The notes under the pieces are model-generated. The model saw nothing but the letters and a program-made list of their open reading frames with translations. It had not been told where the DNA came from and ran no database searches. The translations under genes were made by a program, and so were the position numbers. DNA of 34,564 bases from a virus (lineage: Duplodnaviria; Caudoviricetes), in IMG/VR virus record IMGVR_UViG_3300037722_000464, positions 1 through 34,564 of that record; one strand, written 5' to 3'. This document shows, one piece after another, positions 16,201 to 25,190 of the stretch; position 1 is the stretch's first letter; each line of letters starts with the position of its first letter.

Positions 16201-17192
16201 AGCCGGTCTTCGACAAGTTTCGCACCTGGCTCATGGAGATTTACCAGCGGATCACCGGCACCGCCATTGACGTGCAGCTCTCCCCCCAGGTGCGGGCGGT
16301 CTTCGACCGGATGCTGTTCACCCAGGCGCTCAAGGCCGAAGTCTCCCCCGATGTGACCCGGGCGCGGACCCGGGTGCAGGCCGATATGGCCGAGATGGTG
16401 GACGATCTGCACCGCGATCTTGACTTGCCGGTCGAAGCGCCCGCCGTTCGGCAGGCGCCGCCGCTCACCCTCCCCGAAGGGCCCGACGCCGTGGCCGGGT
16501 TTTTGCGCTCTCCCGAAAATGTCGGCAAGGCCTTGGCCGATGTCCTCGAGGCCGAAGCGACCGCGTTGGAGAATTCACGCGCCGAGACGATGGCCGCCGA
16601 TGGTCAGGCCCTCAGCGGCATGGTCTCCGATGCCCCTCAGTGGTACATCGAGGCCAACCGGTCGATGCGCGGCAGCGGTGCGGCTATGGGGAAAAAGAGC
16701 GTGGTCAACGCCCTGCGCAGCGCCGCCCGGGGGGATTTCGCCCGCCTCACCGAAGGGCAGCAGCAGATGGCCCTGGCGGGGATCGACGCCGTGGGGAGGC
16801 AGCTGCAGGGGGAGGCTCGCAGCATCGATGCGCAGGATCTGAAGATAGGCGACCGCTACACCACGGCCGACCTCGGGCAGCGGGTGGTGATCGGCGAACG
16901 GGACGGCACGCTCTATCTCGATAACGGCCGCACCCTCGACCTGGCCGAAACGGTGAAAATCCTCGGCGAGATCGACCGCAAGGCCTTGGCCGAAGGCGGA
17001 CCGCAGAGCGCCGCCGAGCATTACCTGGCCGAAGGGGGCGACATCAAGATGGAGACCGGCACCGACAGCGAGGGAAACCCGATCCAGCGCAGCGCCCGCG
17101 AAATGCTCAATGAGTCCCGGGCCGAGCTGGCCAAGACCGAAACGCAAGAATACCTCTACAAGCGGGCGGCCTTCTGCCTGCAGATGGGTTAA
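13266..17192 (+). CDS. Large ejection protein with polyvalent-protein-like modules including an HExxH metallopeptidase-like domain
   Basis: 1308 aa. FYSKV...GVKGEELAWTGL...LPGGKNYRELLL...HF...AHIRF...EEVQSDWHQ module, and STVVHELGHIF...EEKFARAFERYLAEGKAP. Confidence 0.8.
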   Translation: MLDLFGETEKPLTGEVYTGPEPGLLDLFKQGAMAVPRGVLRLASAAAMTVAPVFPSEDEATFAAKRGRPLSESRGFPSQEDFYRFTEQRIDPAINYLTPDPESQDTAGKIVSALFELPGQLIAGPAGIIATPSMTVGKELIEQGVDSTTATLAAAATGAAMAAAIKIPASGKTLKQTLGLIAANPVVGAAQDFGTSELLKLRGYEDQAQMFDPFDPAARSIDLVLGGFFGGLAEYGRWRKTRAPQEVVDAIDTVETVKQQSSLSPFVAQYSNEHRSAIATAMQNLAEGKPVDVARQIETTRPKAPEPSYTAERFKTEVKEVFGLSADHADAALALVAARAKVAGENVDAYINKRIAGVTRDLPAEEALLYQYPNVSREDALAAKSMVIERMAKVEPDSEASMRLEIMLEQYNSIIAGTASYADYQPAALFQGRELVQPFYSKVLAEVQGLTQEKWNGEQLLGKLRKTPGVKGEELAWTGLDEFLAGKKSVTRQEVQGFLEENQVRVQEVVKGGQGFASLTALNQFRSDMGKKYKTEYSYEWPSDVQNELLRLKALADNPPEVTKYENYVLPGGKNYRELLLTQPGKWTEAIHDEYSKLVAEKISRQSVAKEDLSPEKQQRLEELAAKKKASFRSGHFDEPDILAHIRFNERTGAGGEKILHLEEVQSDWHQAGRSKGYAAEGGKIPDAPFKKTWHELAFRRALRHAAENGFDRLTWTTGEQQAGRYDLSKKLDSMSYEYRDGQYHITGEPKGGESQDFGTFREAQLEDAIGKEMAEKIRAQRAEGKNSATFNGDGLKIGGEGMRGFYDKILPNYAEKFGKKFGAKVENATLKTRDMEFSKFEAQHKKMYPKATPEEIERAFSNYTMPETVHSLPITDAMRDALLYEGQPLFQGEKGAVSFLADGRALIHALEAPDFSTVVHELGHIFRRDLARPELAQLETWLLSKVPGSKWEVADEEKFARAFERYLAEGKAPDESLKPVFDKFRTWLMEIYQRITGTAIDVQLSPQVRAVFDRMLFTQALKAEVSPDVTRARTRVQADMAEMVDDLHRDLDLPVEAPAVRQAPPLTLPEGPDAVAGFLRSPENVGKALADVLEAEATALENSRAETMAADGQALSGMVSDAPQWYIEANRSMRGSGAAMGKKSVVNALRSAARGDFARLTEGQQQMALAGIDAVGRQLQGEARSIDAQDLKIGDRYTTADLGQRVVIGERDGTLYLDNGRTLDLAETVKILGEIDRKALAEGGPQSAAEHYLAEGGDIKMETGTDSEGNPIQRSAREMLNESRAELAKTETQEYLYKRAAFCLQMG

Positions 17193-17195
17193 TCC

Positions 17196-19874
17196 ATGGC
17201 CAAGTGTGTAGACGATCTGATCAAGGCGGCAGGCGGCGCGGTCACCCGCAAAGAAGCGCAGGAGATCATTGCCGAGATCGAGCGGCGCTTTAACCGCAAG
17301 ATGCCCAAAGAAAAGCCGGTCACCAAGTTTCCCAGCAAGCGCGACTATGAAAAGGCCAAAGCCGAAGGGCGGGACCCCACGGCCCTGAGCCCCGAGGAGC
17401 GCATGGTGGAGGCCGCCACCGAAGCCTTTGCCGAAGCGGTGCAACTCAAAAAAGAGAAGCTGCGCCGCCAGGAGCTGCAGATTGAAAAGCAGGTGATCCG
17501 CCAGACGCAGTTGATGCGCCTCGGCGGCAACGTCAAGGCGGTGGAATCGATGCTGGTCGATCCGCAGGGAGAGTTGACCCTGCAAGGGCGGATCCGCTCC
17601 ACTCGCGAGGGGTATCTGGCGCGGCTGGCCGAACCGATGGACAACCTGGCCGCCGACCCCGAATGGCGCCGGCTCGATCCGGTGGTGCGCGAGACGCTGC
17701 TGGCCGAAGCGCTGCTCAACGACACCGCCAGCGTCGACAAGAACCACAAGGGGCCGATCACCCGCACCGCCATCGAAGAGCTGGCCTACGCCTTTCGCAC
17801 CATGGACAACGACGCCTATCACCGCAAAAACGCCGCCGGTGCCGATATCCATTACACCCCGGGACATGTGCCGCAGATGTGGAACCCCTCGGCGGTGCGC
17901 CTCTTCGGCCTGTCGGCGGCCGACAAGGCCCGGCTGGTGGTGGCCACCGAAGCGACCCGCAAGGCGCTGGTCACCAAGGCACAGGCCCGGTGGGTCGAGT
18001 ACGTGCTGCCGCGCATCGATCCGGCCCGCTACGTCGACCAGAACACCGGCGCCCCGTTGATGGACGAGGAGCTGCGCGAGGTGCTCTCCGGCATCTGGCG
18101 CACCATCGCCAGCAACGGCCTGACCGGGGAACCGTCCGTGGGGCAGGCGGCCTTAGCGACTCAGCTCGGCGCCCGGCGCGAGGTGTGGTTTCTCGATGCC
18201 CAGGGGTTTGTCGAGGCCAACCGCGAATTCGGCGCCCGCGATCTGTTCTCGGCCCTCACCGGCGAGGCGGTGCGTCACGCCCGGGAGATTGCCCTGCTCG
18301 AAACCTACGGCCCCAATCCGGCCATGGGTTTCAAGACCGACCTGGCGTGGTCGATGGGGAATCAGGCCGAAGTCAATCCCGGCGCCGGGCGCAAGGGGAG
18401 CCACCGGGCACAGATCATCTTTGACGAACTCAGCGGCAAGGGGATGGGCGCCCCGGAAGATCGGGCGGCCGTCGACTCTCTGGCCAAGTACGATCTGGTT
18501 TCCCGCTCGATGAAGGGGCTGCGCAACCTGATCGTCAGCGCCAAGCTGGGGATGCTCCCCTTCTCGCAGATCAATGACCTGGCGACCTTTCGCGCCATGG
18601 CCCGGGCCGATGGCCTCGGCACCGGCAAGACGATCAAAAGCGCCCTGTCGATGTTCAACCCGGCCAACGTCGCCGACCGCAAGTTGGCCCGGCGGCACGG
18701 CATCCTCTCGCAGATGGTCCTCGGAGACGCGGCCCTGCGTTACGGCGGCGACACCGGCAGCGGCCAGGGGTGGACCAGTCAACTGGCCAACGCCACGGTG
18801 AAGTGGAGCGGCGCGCAGCACTGGACCGACAGCCTCAAACAGGCGTACCAGGTCAATATCGGCTGGCACCTGGCCGAGGCCCGGCACCTTGCCTTCGATG
18901 CGCTGCCGAAAGACTTCGGCGCCATGGTGCGCCGCTACGGGATCACCGCCGACGAGTGGGAGGTGATCCGCCGCGCCGAAACGGTGGAGATCGCCGGGGA
19001 ACAGACCGTCACCCCGCACACCGTCGCCCGGGCACAGACACCCGATCTGCTGCGCCCCGAGCTCGGCGGCGGCAAACGGCTGCGGGGGGTCGAGTCGGCC
19101 GAACAGATCAAGATCCGCGAAGCGGCCCTCAAGGTCGGGGCGATGATGGCCGAAGAGGCTGACATTGCCATTTTGCAGCCGGGCGCCAAGGAGAAGGCCA
19201 TTGCCTCCGGCGGCACCCTCGAAGGGACGATTTCCGGGGAGCTGATGCGCAGCGCTTTCTTCTTTAAAACCTTCTCGGTGGCCATGCTCACCAAGGCACT
19301 GCCGCGCATCGCCGAAAGCGGCCAGGGCTTGGGCAAGGTGCGGGTGATGACCGAATTCATGCTGCTGAACATGGTCGCCGGCGCCATGACGATCCAGCTC
19401 AAGGAGATCGTCAAGGGGCGCAATCCCCGCGATATGGAAGAGCCCGAGTTCTGGGCCAGCGCCTTCATGCAGGCGGGGGGGCTGGGGATCTTCGGGGATT
19501 TCTTCTTTGCCGATCAGAACCGCTTCGGCGGCGGACTGGCCGAGAGCGCCGCCGGGCCGGTAGCCGGTTTTTTCGCTGATCTGCAGCGCCTGACGGTGGG
19601 GAACATGCAGCAGGCCGCCGACGGCAAGGACCCCCGTTTTGTCGCCGAGGCCATCCAGTTCGGCAAGAACTACACGCCGCTGATGAACCTCTGGTACACC
19701 CGCCTGGCCCTCGATCACGCGATTTTCTTTCACGTGCAAGAGGCGGCCAACCCCGGGTATTTGCGCCGCAGCCGCCGCCGGATCGAGAAGGGAAATCAAT
19801 CGTTCTGGTGGTCCCCCGACGACAACCTGCCCGAGGGTCCGCCGGATCTGTCGCAAGCCTTTGGAGGTGACTGA
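17196..19874 (+). CDS. Internal virion/ejection protein
   Basis: 892 aa. GELMRSAFFFKTF, QLKEIVKGRNPRDM, AFMQAGGLGIFGDF, NLWYTRLALDH...QEAANPGYLRR, typical of epsilon15/BPP-1-like core proteins. Confidence 0.82.
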   Translation: MAKCVDDLIKAAGGAVTRKEAQEIIAEIERRFNRKMPKEKPVTKFPSKRDYEKAKAEGRDPTALSPEERMVEAATEAFAEAVQLKKEKLRRQELQIEKQVIRQTQLMRLGGNVKAVESMLVDPQGELTLQGRIRSTREGYLARLAEPMDNLAADPEWRRLDPVVRETLLAEALLNDTASVDKNHKGPITRTAIEELAYAFRTMDNDAYHRKNAAGADIHYTPGHVPQMWNPSAVRLFGLSAADKARLVVATEATRKALVTKAQARWVEYVLPRIDPARYVDQNTGAPLMDEELREVLSGIWRTIASNGLTGEPSVGQAALATQLGARREVWFLDAQGFVEANREFGARDLFSALTGEAVRHAREIALLETYGPNPAMGFKTDLAWSMGNQAEVNPGAGRKGSHRAQIIFDELSGKGMGAPEDRAAVDSLAKYDLVSRSMKGLRNLIVSAKLGMLPFSQINDLATFRAMARADGLGTGKTIKSALSMFNPANVADRKLARRHGILSQMVLGDAALRYGGDTGSGQGWTSQLANATVKWSGAQHWTDSLKQAYQVNIGWHLAEARHLAFDALPKDFGAMVRRYGITADEWEVIRRAETVEIAGEQTVTPHTVARAQTPDLLRPELGGGKRLRGVESAEQIKIREAALKVGAMMAEEADIAILQPGAKEKAIASGGTLEGTISGELMRSAFFFKTFSVAMLTKALPRIAESGQGLGKVRVMTEFMLLNMVAGAMTIQLKEIVKGRNPRDMEEPEFWASAFMQAGGLGIFGDFFFADQNRFGGGLAESAAGPVAGFFADLQRLTVGNMQQAADGKDPRFVAEAIQFGKNYTPLMNLWYTRLALDHAIFFHVQEAANPGYLRRSRRRIEKGNQSFWWSPDDNLPEGPPDLSQAFGGD

Positions 19875-20269
19875 TGAGCATCGACAAGAAAAAGAAACAG
19901 CGGCTCCTCGACCTGCGCGAAAAGCTCCTCGACGTGTACCTGGACGAAGCCGACCCGGACAACTGGATTGACGAGGCCAAGGCGCTGGAAATTGCCGCCG
20001 ACCTGGACGGCAAAGAAGCCGCCAAGGTCGCCGCCGGCTGGAAGGGTGAACGCTACTGGGAGAAGAAAAACGCCAATCAGACCATGGCGCTTCTGGTGGG
20101 GATTCATCGCTTCATTGATCTTTCCGAAGGGGCCGATGCCGAAGAAGGCGACGACGGCAAGGCGCTGGCCAAGGAGATCCGCGCCGCCGAAAAAGAAGTG
20201 GAGAAACGTCTGGCCCGTACCCGCCCGCACCGCGCCACGGTCACGGCGATTACCGGAGGCAAAAAATAA
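19874..20269 (+). CDS. Probable terminase small subunit
   Basis: 131 aa helical protein (EADPDNW, GERYWEKKNA) immediately upstream of TerL. Confidence 0.65.
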   Translation: MSIDKKKKQRLLDLREKLLDVYLDEADPDNWIDEAKALEIAADLDGKEAAKVAAGWKGERYWEKKNANQTMALLVGIHRFIDLSEGADAEEGDDGKALAKEIRAAEKEVEKRLARTRPHRATVTAITGGKK

Positions 20270-20271
20270 CC

Positions 20272-21921
20272 ATGTCCCGCGCCAAGGTCTCCTTCCCTGC
20301 TTTTTATCTCAAGCAGGCCCAGCTCTCCGGGTGGGCCGTGCCCGACGAGCATATGGAGGTGTGCGACTGGCTTGAAGGCGGCCGCAAGGGGCGGGTCGGA
20401 GTGCTCAAGGCGTTTCGCGGTTTTTCAAAGAGCACCATCGCCGGGCGCTATGTGCCGTGGAAGCTGCGGCATTCGCCGACCTGGCGCTTTCAACTCCTCT
20501 CGGCCACCGATACGGACGGCGCCAAGATGTCGAGAGACAGCCGCAACGTCATCGACCGGCACCCCTGGTGCCAGGGGATGCGCCCCGAGCGGTTCGGCCT
20601 GTGGAAAACGCACCGCTACGAGGTCACCGGCGCCGACGATCCGCGCAATCCGTCCGTCTCGGCCTATGGCGTCATGTCCAACATCACCGGCGGCCGCGCG
20701 GATGAGTGCATCAATGACGACGTGGAGGTTCCGAAGACGATCCGCACCCCGGCGCTGCGCGAGGCGCTGCGGGAACGGCTCTCCGAGCAGACCCATATCA
20801 TCGTCCCCGGGGGGAAGATCCTCTATATCGGCACCGACCACTGTCTGGATTCGATCTACAAGGAGCAGATCGAGGACGGCGCCGACCTGCTGGAAATCTC
20901 GCTCTTTCGCAAGGAGGTCACCCACATCGCCAAGACGGTGGCGCGGGACTTCCCTTTTTCCTGGCGGATTCAGACCGAAAACGATTTGTTCATTGTCGTC
21001 GGCGGCACCCGCCCCCGGTTGCTCGACCGGGAAGAATATCTGGTGGAAGGGGTGCGCGATTACCGCGGCGGGCATGTACGGTTGCGCAAGGCCTTAAACC
21101 CCGAGGAGCGCATCAGCATCTACGCCGGGCACGTCTGGCCGGAGCGCTTCACGCGCGACGAGGTGAAATTCCGCGTCGGGCGCTGCCGCAGCTGGGGCGC
21201 CTGGGACAGTCAATATCAGCTGCACGCCGCCCAGATCGGCGACGTGCGCCTGGACCCGGCCCGCATGATCGAGTACAGCCCCGAGCCGGAATTCCGTGAA
21301 GTGAATGGAGAACTCACCTGCTGGCTCAACGGGATCCGCATGGCCGGAGTCTCCACGGTCTGGGACTGCAGCCTGGGCAAGGTCAAGAGCGACACCAGCG
21401 CCTTGGTGGTCATCTTCACCGACAGCAGGGGTTATCTCTTCTGGCATGTCGCCGAGGCACTGACCGGCGACATCGATGAGCAGTGCCTGTCCGTGGTCAA
21501 AACGGTGAAGCGCCTGCGCCTGCCTGCGGTCACGGTCAAAACCGCATCCCTCGGCGGCTTTGTGCCGACGATCCTCAAGGGGCACCTGCAGCGCGCCGGG
21601 GTGCCCTGCGGGGTGATCGAGCAGCAGGAGCGCGTCAACAAGAACGTGCGCATTCTCGACGCGCTCGAGCCGCCCCTTTCTGGGCTCTTTCTCTATGCGC
21701 ACCAGTCCGTCAAGCAGGGACCGGCCGCGGTGCAGATGGGGCAATGGAATCCGAAGATCCTCGATCAGCCCGACGACTACCTGGACGCCGCCGCCGGGGC
21801 CGTCGCTGAAACCCCGATCCGCATCGGCAAAATCCCCGGCGGTGTGGTCGAGCCGCCCCGCGACGAATGGCGCCCCAATCAGCAGGGTAATTTTGAAGTG
21901 CAAGTGGACTATGGCCGATAA
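20272..21921 (+). CDS. terL: Terminase large subunit
   Basis: Walker A AFRGFSKST, ITGGRADECINDDVE (Walker B), YIGT coupling motif, nuclease WDCS..SD and DDYLDA. Confidence 0.92.
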   Translation: MSRAKVSFPAFYLKQAQLSGWAVPDEHMEVCDWLEGGRKGRVGVLKAFRGFSKSTIAGRYVPWKLRHSPTWRFQLLSATDTDGAKMSRDSRNVIDRHPWCQGMRPERFGLWKTHRYEVTGADDPRNPSVSAYGVMSNITGGRADECINDDVEVPKTIRTPALREALRERLSEQTHIIVPGGKILYIGTDHCLDSIYKEQIEDGADLLEISLFRKEVTHIAKTVARDFPFSWRIQTENDLFIVVGGTRPRLLDREEYLVEGVRDYRGGHVRLRKALNPEERISIYAGHVWPERFTRDEVKFRVGRCRSWGAWDSQYQLHAAQIGDVRLDPARMIEYSPEPEFREVNGELTCWLNGIRMAGVSTVWDCSLGKVKSDTSALVVIFTDSRGYLFWHVAEALTGDIDEQCLSVVKTVKRLRLPAVTVKTASLGGFVPTILKGHLQRAGVPCGVIEQQERVNKNVRILDALEPPLSGLFLYAHQSVKQGPAAVQMGQWNPKILDQPDDYLDAAAGAVAETPIRIGKIPGGVVEPPRDEWRPNQQGNFEVQVDYGR

Positions 21922-21940
21922 CAAAAAAAGGAGCGAAACA

Positions 21941-24370
21941 ATGAAGATGAGATGGTTCCCCTGGCCGCTGTTGGCCCTGCTGCTGTGCTTCTGTGCGCCG
22001 ACCTGGGCGACGGTGCCGGTTGTCACCCCGGAGATCAGCTATACCGCCACCGGCGCCGCCACCGATTATGCGTTCCCTTTCCGGATCTTCGCCGCCACTG
22101 ATCTGGAGGTGACTGTCAGCGACGTGGTGCAGACCCTGAATGTCGATTACACCGTGACCGGCATCGATGTCCCCGCCGGCGGAACGGTGGTCTTTACCAC
22201 CCCTCCGGCCGACACCCTGGCGGTGCTGATCTCGCGGATCACCCCGATTGATCGGCAAACCGATTATTCGACCGGCGGGCCGCTGCGGGCCGCCACCCTG
22301 AACCGCGACCTTGATCGCATCGTTACGCAGGTGCAGGACGTGGACCGCCAGGCCACCGCCAACGCCGACGCCGCCGGGCGCGCGATCAAGTTCCCCCCTG
22401 GAGACTCGGCCGTCTCGGTGCTGCCGGATGCGGCGACCCGGGCCAGCAAAATGTTGGGGTTCGATGTCGCCGGCGGGGTTGTGCCGGTGGATGTGGTGGG
22501 GGATTTGTCGGGGTATGCGCTGAGTTATACCCCGTTGGCGGATGCTCTCGCTCGGTATGATTCGGATGGGGTGATTCAGGGCACGTCGATCATTCACAAA
22601 GTCGACACCATCGCCGATCTGCGGCTGATCACCGGCTCGCCGGGACGGTCGGCGGTTCAGGTCCTCGGCTACTATGCTGCGGGGGATGGCGGCGGTGGTC
22701 CTGTTCGGCACTGGGTGAGTGGCAAGGCGGTCGGTTATTACACGGCTGTGACCGGTGTCGAGCCAGATGATGGAGGGTCGGTCATTGTGCCGACTGGAGG
22801 GGATGGGAGCGCTGCTTGGCTTTGGGAATGGAGCAGGCCGATTAACGTGCGCTGGTTCGGGGCTGTTGGTGATGGGATTACCGATGATGGGCCCGTTATC
22901 CAAGCCACACTAACCGCAGGGAATAATAATGCTTTGCCCATTTACATCCCAAGGGGGAAATATCTCATTACCGACACCCTGAATATTTACAGAGGGCAGG
23001 AAATCAGGGGAGATCGTGACCATATTTACGCTTATGGGAAACTTGGACCATTTGCAACCGAGTTGGTGTTTGCTCCGACGTCAGAAAAAGACCTTCTCCA
23101 TATTGTTTTCGACGCTTCCCTCGATGGAGGTACTGCACCTGATCAGGGGTACACTTATGGCGTTAAAATTTCTAATATGCTCTTGACGGGAAACTCTACT
23201 GGTGGAGGATCCTTTAGCCGCTATGGTCTTGATGCTAATCAAGCATCTACGGGAGTTTTCGAAAATATTTCGATTAGATACTTCCAGTATGGTGTGAACT
23301 GCGCCTTTACTATAACTTGCAAATTTAACAAGATACGGATCATTAACTGCGTTAATGCTTGTGTCAGGTATGGGTCAAGGACAAGCACAACCGACGTGTG
23401 GTTTGAGTGTTATTTTGGTAGCTCTCCCTGGGCGGCTATCATCGGTGGCACGTCAGTAGGTATACAATTTCAAAACTCTCTCTTTGAGTCGCTTTCGGTT
23501 GGTGCCATAGATATTTATAGGGAGGCGTCGGGTGTTCAGGTCAACAACTGTTATTCAGAGAACGTTCCAGCTACCGCTAACGTGAACTTGAACGTCTTCC
23601 GAGTCGGTGTAAATGGCGCTACTAGTGCAGTAACAACGGCTTTACAGATCAATGGTGGTTTCTTTGCCGGGTATAATGGTGGTGGGGTTTACGGTGCTTT
23701 CGTTGATCTTGATTATGCATACAAAGTCATAATCAACGGAGTGCATGTTACCAGATTCACCAACTATATCAGGACAACCGGAAACACATCTGGCTGGGCT
23801 GTTTATGTGGCGGGGGGCGCAAGGCAGAGTGTAACCACCTTTGCGAATGATATAACTAAAGTCCACGGAAATTATATTAATGCTGATCTCAACGGGGCAC
23901 AGGGACCGAGAGTTAGAGCAGAAGTTGTTCAGGCAAACACAAGAGTCGAGACAGGGTATATCGACTTAAGCTATCTACTTGTTGCGAACAATAAAATTGG
24001 ATACGGTTCCGCCGCCCCAACATCAGGAACTCATGTTCAAGGCGAAATAGTTCTAGACTCAACACCATCGGCCTCGGGTTTTCTCGGGTGGGTTTGCACG
24101 TCAAGCGGTACATTCTCGGCGGCCACTGATGCCACTGGGGATACTGATGGATTAACTGCCGTTATCACTGGTATGGCGGACACGAGTGATTTTGTCGCTG
24201 GTAATTATATCACCATTAGTGCGGGTTTCCCGGCTGGGTACATCACAGTTGTGTCTGTTGACGGGCCTACTCAGATCACGGTGAGCGTATCATCTAACTC
24301 AGCACAGTCAAACGTAACTGTTGCAACCGTAGACCCGGTGTTCAAAACTTTTGGAGCTATATCACCATAA
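21941..24370 (+). CDS. Tailspike/tail fibre: T7-type N-terminal anchor domain plus pectin-lyase-like beta-helix
   Basis: AAGGAG SD then ATG 21941. YTATG..TDYAFPFRIF...DL.V...DYTVTG...LNRDLDRI anchor; INVRWFGAVGDGITDD beta-helix start; AT-richer distal part. Confidence 0.88.
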   Translation: MKMRWFPWPLLALLLCFCAPTWATVPVVTPEISYTATGAATDYAFPFRIFAATDLEVTVSDVVQTLNVDYTVTGIDVPAGGTVVFTTPPADTLAVLISRITPIDRQTDYSTGGPLRAATLNRDLDRIVTQVQDVDRQATANADAAGRAIKFPPGDSAVSVLPDAATRASKMLGFDVAGGVVPVDVVGDLSGYALSYTPLADALARYDSDGVIQGTSIIHKVDTIADLRLITGSPGRSAVQVLGYYAAGDGGGGPVRHWVSGKAVGYYTAVTGVEPDDGGSVIVPTGGDGSAAWLWEWSRPINVRWFGAVGDGITDDGPVIQATLTAGNNNALPIYIPRGKYLITDTLNIYRGQEIRGDRDHIYAYGKLGPFATELVFAPTSEKDLLHIVFDASLDGGTAPDQGYTYGVKISNMLLTGNSTGGGSFSRYGLDANQASTGVFENISIRYFQYGVNCAFTITCKFNKIRIINCVNACVRYGSRTSTTDVWFECYFGSSPWAAIIGGTSVGIQFQNSLFESLSVGAIDIYREASGVQVNNCYSENVPATANVNLNVFRVGVNGATSAVTTALQINGGFFAGYNGGGVYGAFVDLDYAYKVIINGVHVTRFTNYIRTTGNTSGWAVYVAGGARQSVTTFANDITKVHGNYINADLNGAQGPRVRAEVVQANTRVETGYIDLSYLLVANNKIGYGSAAPTSGTHVQGEIVLDSTPSASGFLGWVCTSSGTFSAATDATGDTDGLTAVITGMADTSDFVAGNYITISAGFPAGYITVVSVDGPTQITVSVSSNSAQSNVTVATVDPVFKTFGAISP

Positions 24371-24464
24371 AAACATGGGTATAGTGCCAAACCAACCGTC
24401 AGCCGGTGCCAAAGCAATCGGCGCGGTACGGGGCAATAATCAACAGTGATAGAAAGGCGATCCC

Positions 24465-24947
24465 ATGATTAAAAAACTATTGATTTTCCATGAAGGATTG
24501 CGGCTTGAGCCCTATCTTTGCACTGCGAAGAAATGGACCATCGGCGTCGGGTACAACTATCAGGCGCATGGGTTCGATACCGACACTTTGACCCGGATTC
24601 TGCGTGAAGGGTTCAGCCAGGAGTTGGCGCTGGAACTTCTCGGACGGCAGATTGAAGAGACCCGCTTTTTGCTGACGCAAGACTTCTATTGGTTTACTAC
24701 CCTTGATTCGGTCCGCCAGGCGGTGCTGATCGATATGGCCTATAACATGGGGGTGCCGGGGCTGAAGAAATTTCATCGCACTCTGAACGCCTTTCGGGAT
24801 AAGCGGTGGGAAGAGGCCGTGACGGAGATGTTTAACAGCAAATGGGCGTTTCAGGTGGGGGATGGACCGGGGAAACGAGAGGACCGGGCAGATCGGCTGG
24901 CCCGGATGGTGAGGACGGGGCGTTGGCCCGACGAGATTTTAACCTGA
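24465..24947 (+). CDS. Endolysin, GH24 (T4-lysozyme-like)
   Basis: HEGLRLEPYLCTAKKWTIGVG (E-x8-C-x5-T), RQAVLIDMAYNMG, SKWAFQVG..RA.RL. Confidence 0.92.
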   Translation: MIKKLLIFHEGLRLEPYLCTAKKWTIGVGYNYQAHGFDTDTLTRILREGFSQELALELLGRQIEETRFLLTQDFYWFTTLDSVRQAVLIDMAYNMGVPGLKKFHRTLNAFRDKRWEEAVTEMFNSKWAFQVGDGPGKREDRADRLARMVRTGRWPDEILT

Positions 24948-24968
24948 GTCAAAAAGGAGGCAAAGATC

Positions 24969-25190
24969 ATGGCAGATTCGTGGAAGGTTTCATTGGTGTG
25001 GGGGCGCGTCGGCGCTGCCGTTATGGCGATCGTGGCCATGGCGTTGGGGTTCTTCGGTTACCAGATGGGCGCCGAGGAGCAGAGTCAGGTGGTCGAACTG
25101 GGCACCTCCATTCTCGCCGGGTTGGCCGGTGTGTTGGCCCTCGTCTCCAAGATCCGCGAAGGGATCAAGGCCAAGAAAGCCACCGCCTAA
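24969..25190 (+). CDS. Putative holin (2 TM)
   Basis: AAGGAGG SD; two hydrophobic helices and a basic C-tail; next to the endolysin. Confidence 0.7.
   Translation: MADSWKVSLVWGRVGAAVMAIVAMALGFFGYQMGAEEQSQVVELGTSILAGLAGVLALVSKIREGIKAKKATA

Noticed and set aside
21695-21940. ORF-track start of the tailspike at 21695 (likewise 5585, 6558, 1772, 173)
   Set aside because: These upstream extensions overlap other genes or structured sites and lack SDs; downstream starts have clear SDs.
2214-22903. Long minus-strand ORFs (e.g. 5561-6802, 11196-12854, 16575-17867, 18153-19856)
   Set aside because: Antisense shadows of GC-rich plus-strand genes, with no motifs or SD support.
21941-24460. Diversity-generating retroelement or invertible tail-fibre shufflon
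   Set aside because: No reverse transcriptase, no template/variable repeat pair, and no alternative fibre ends or repeated inversion sites were seen.
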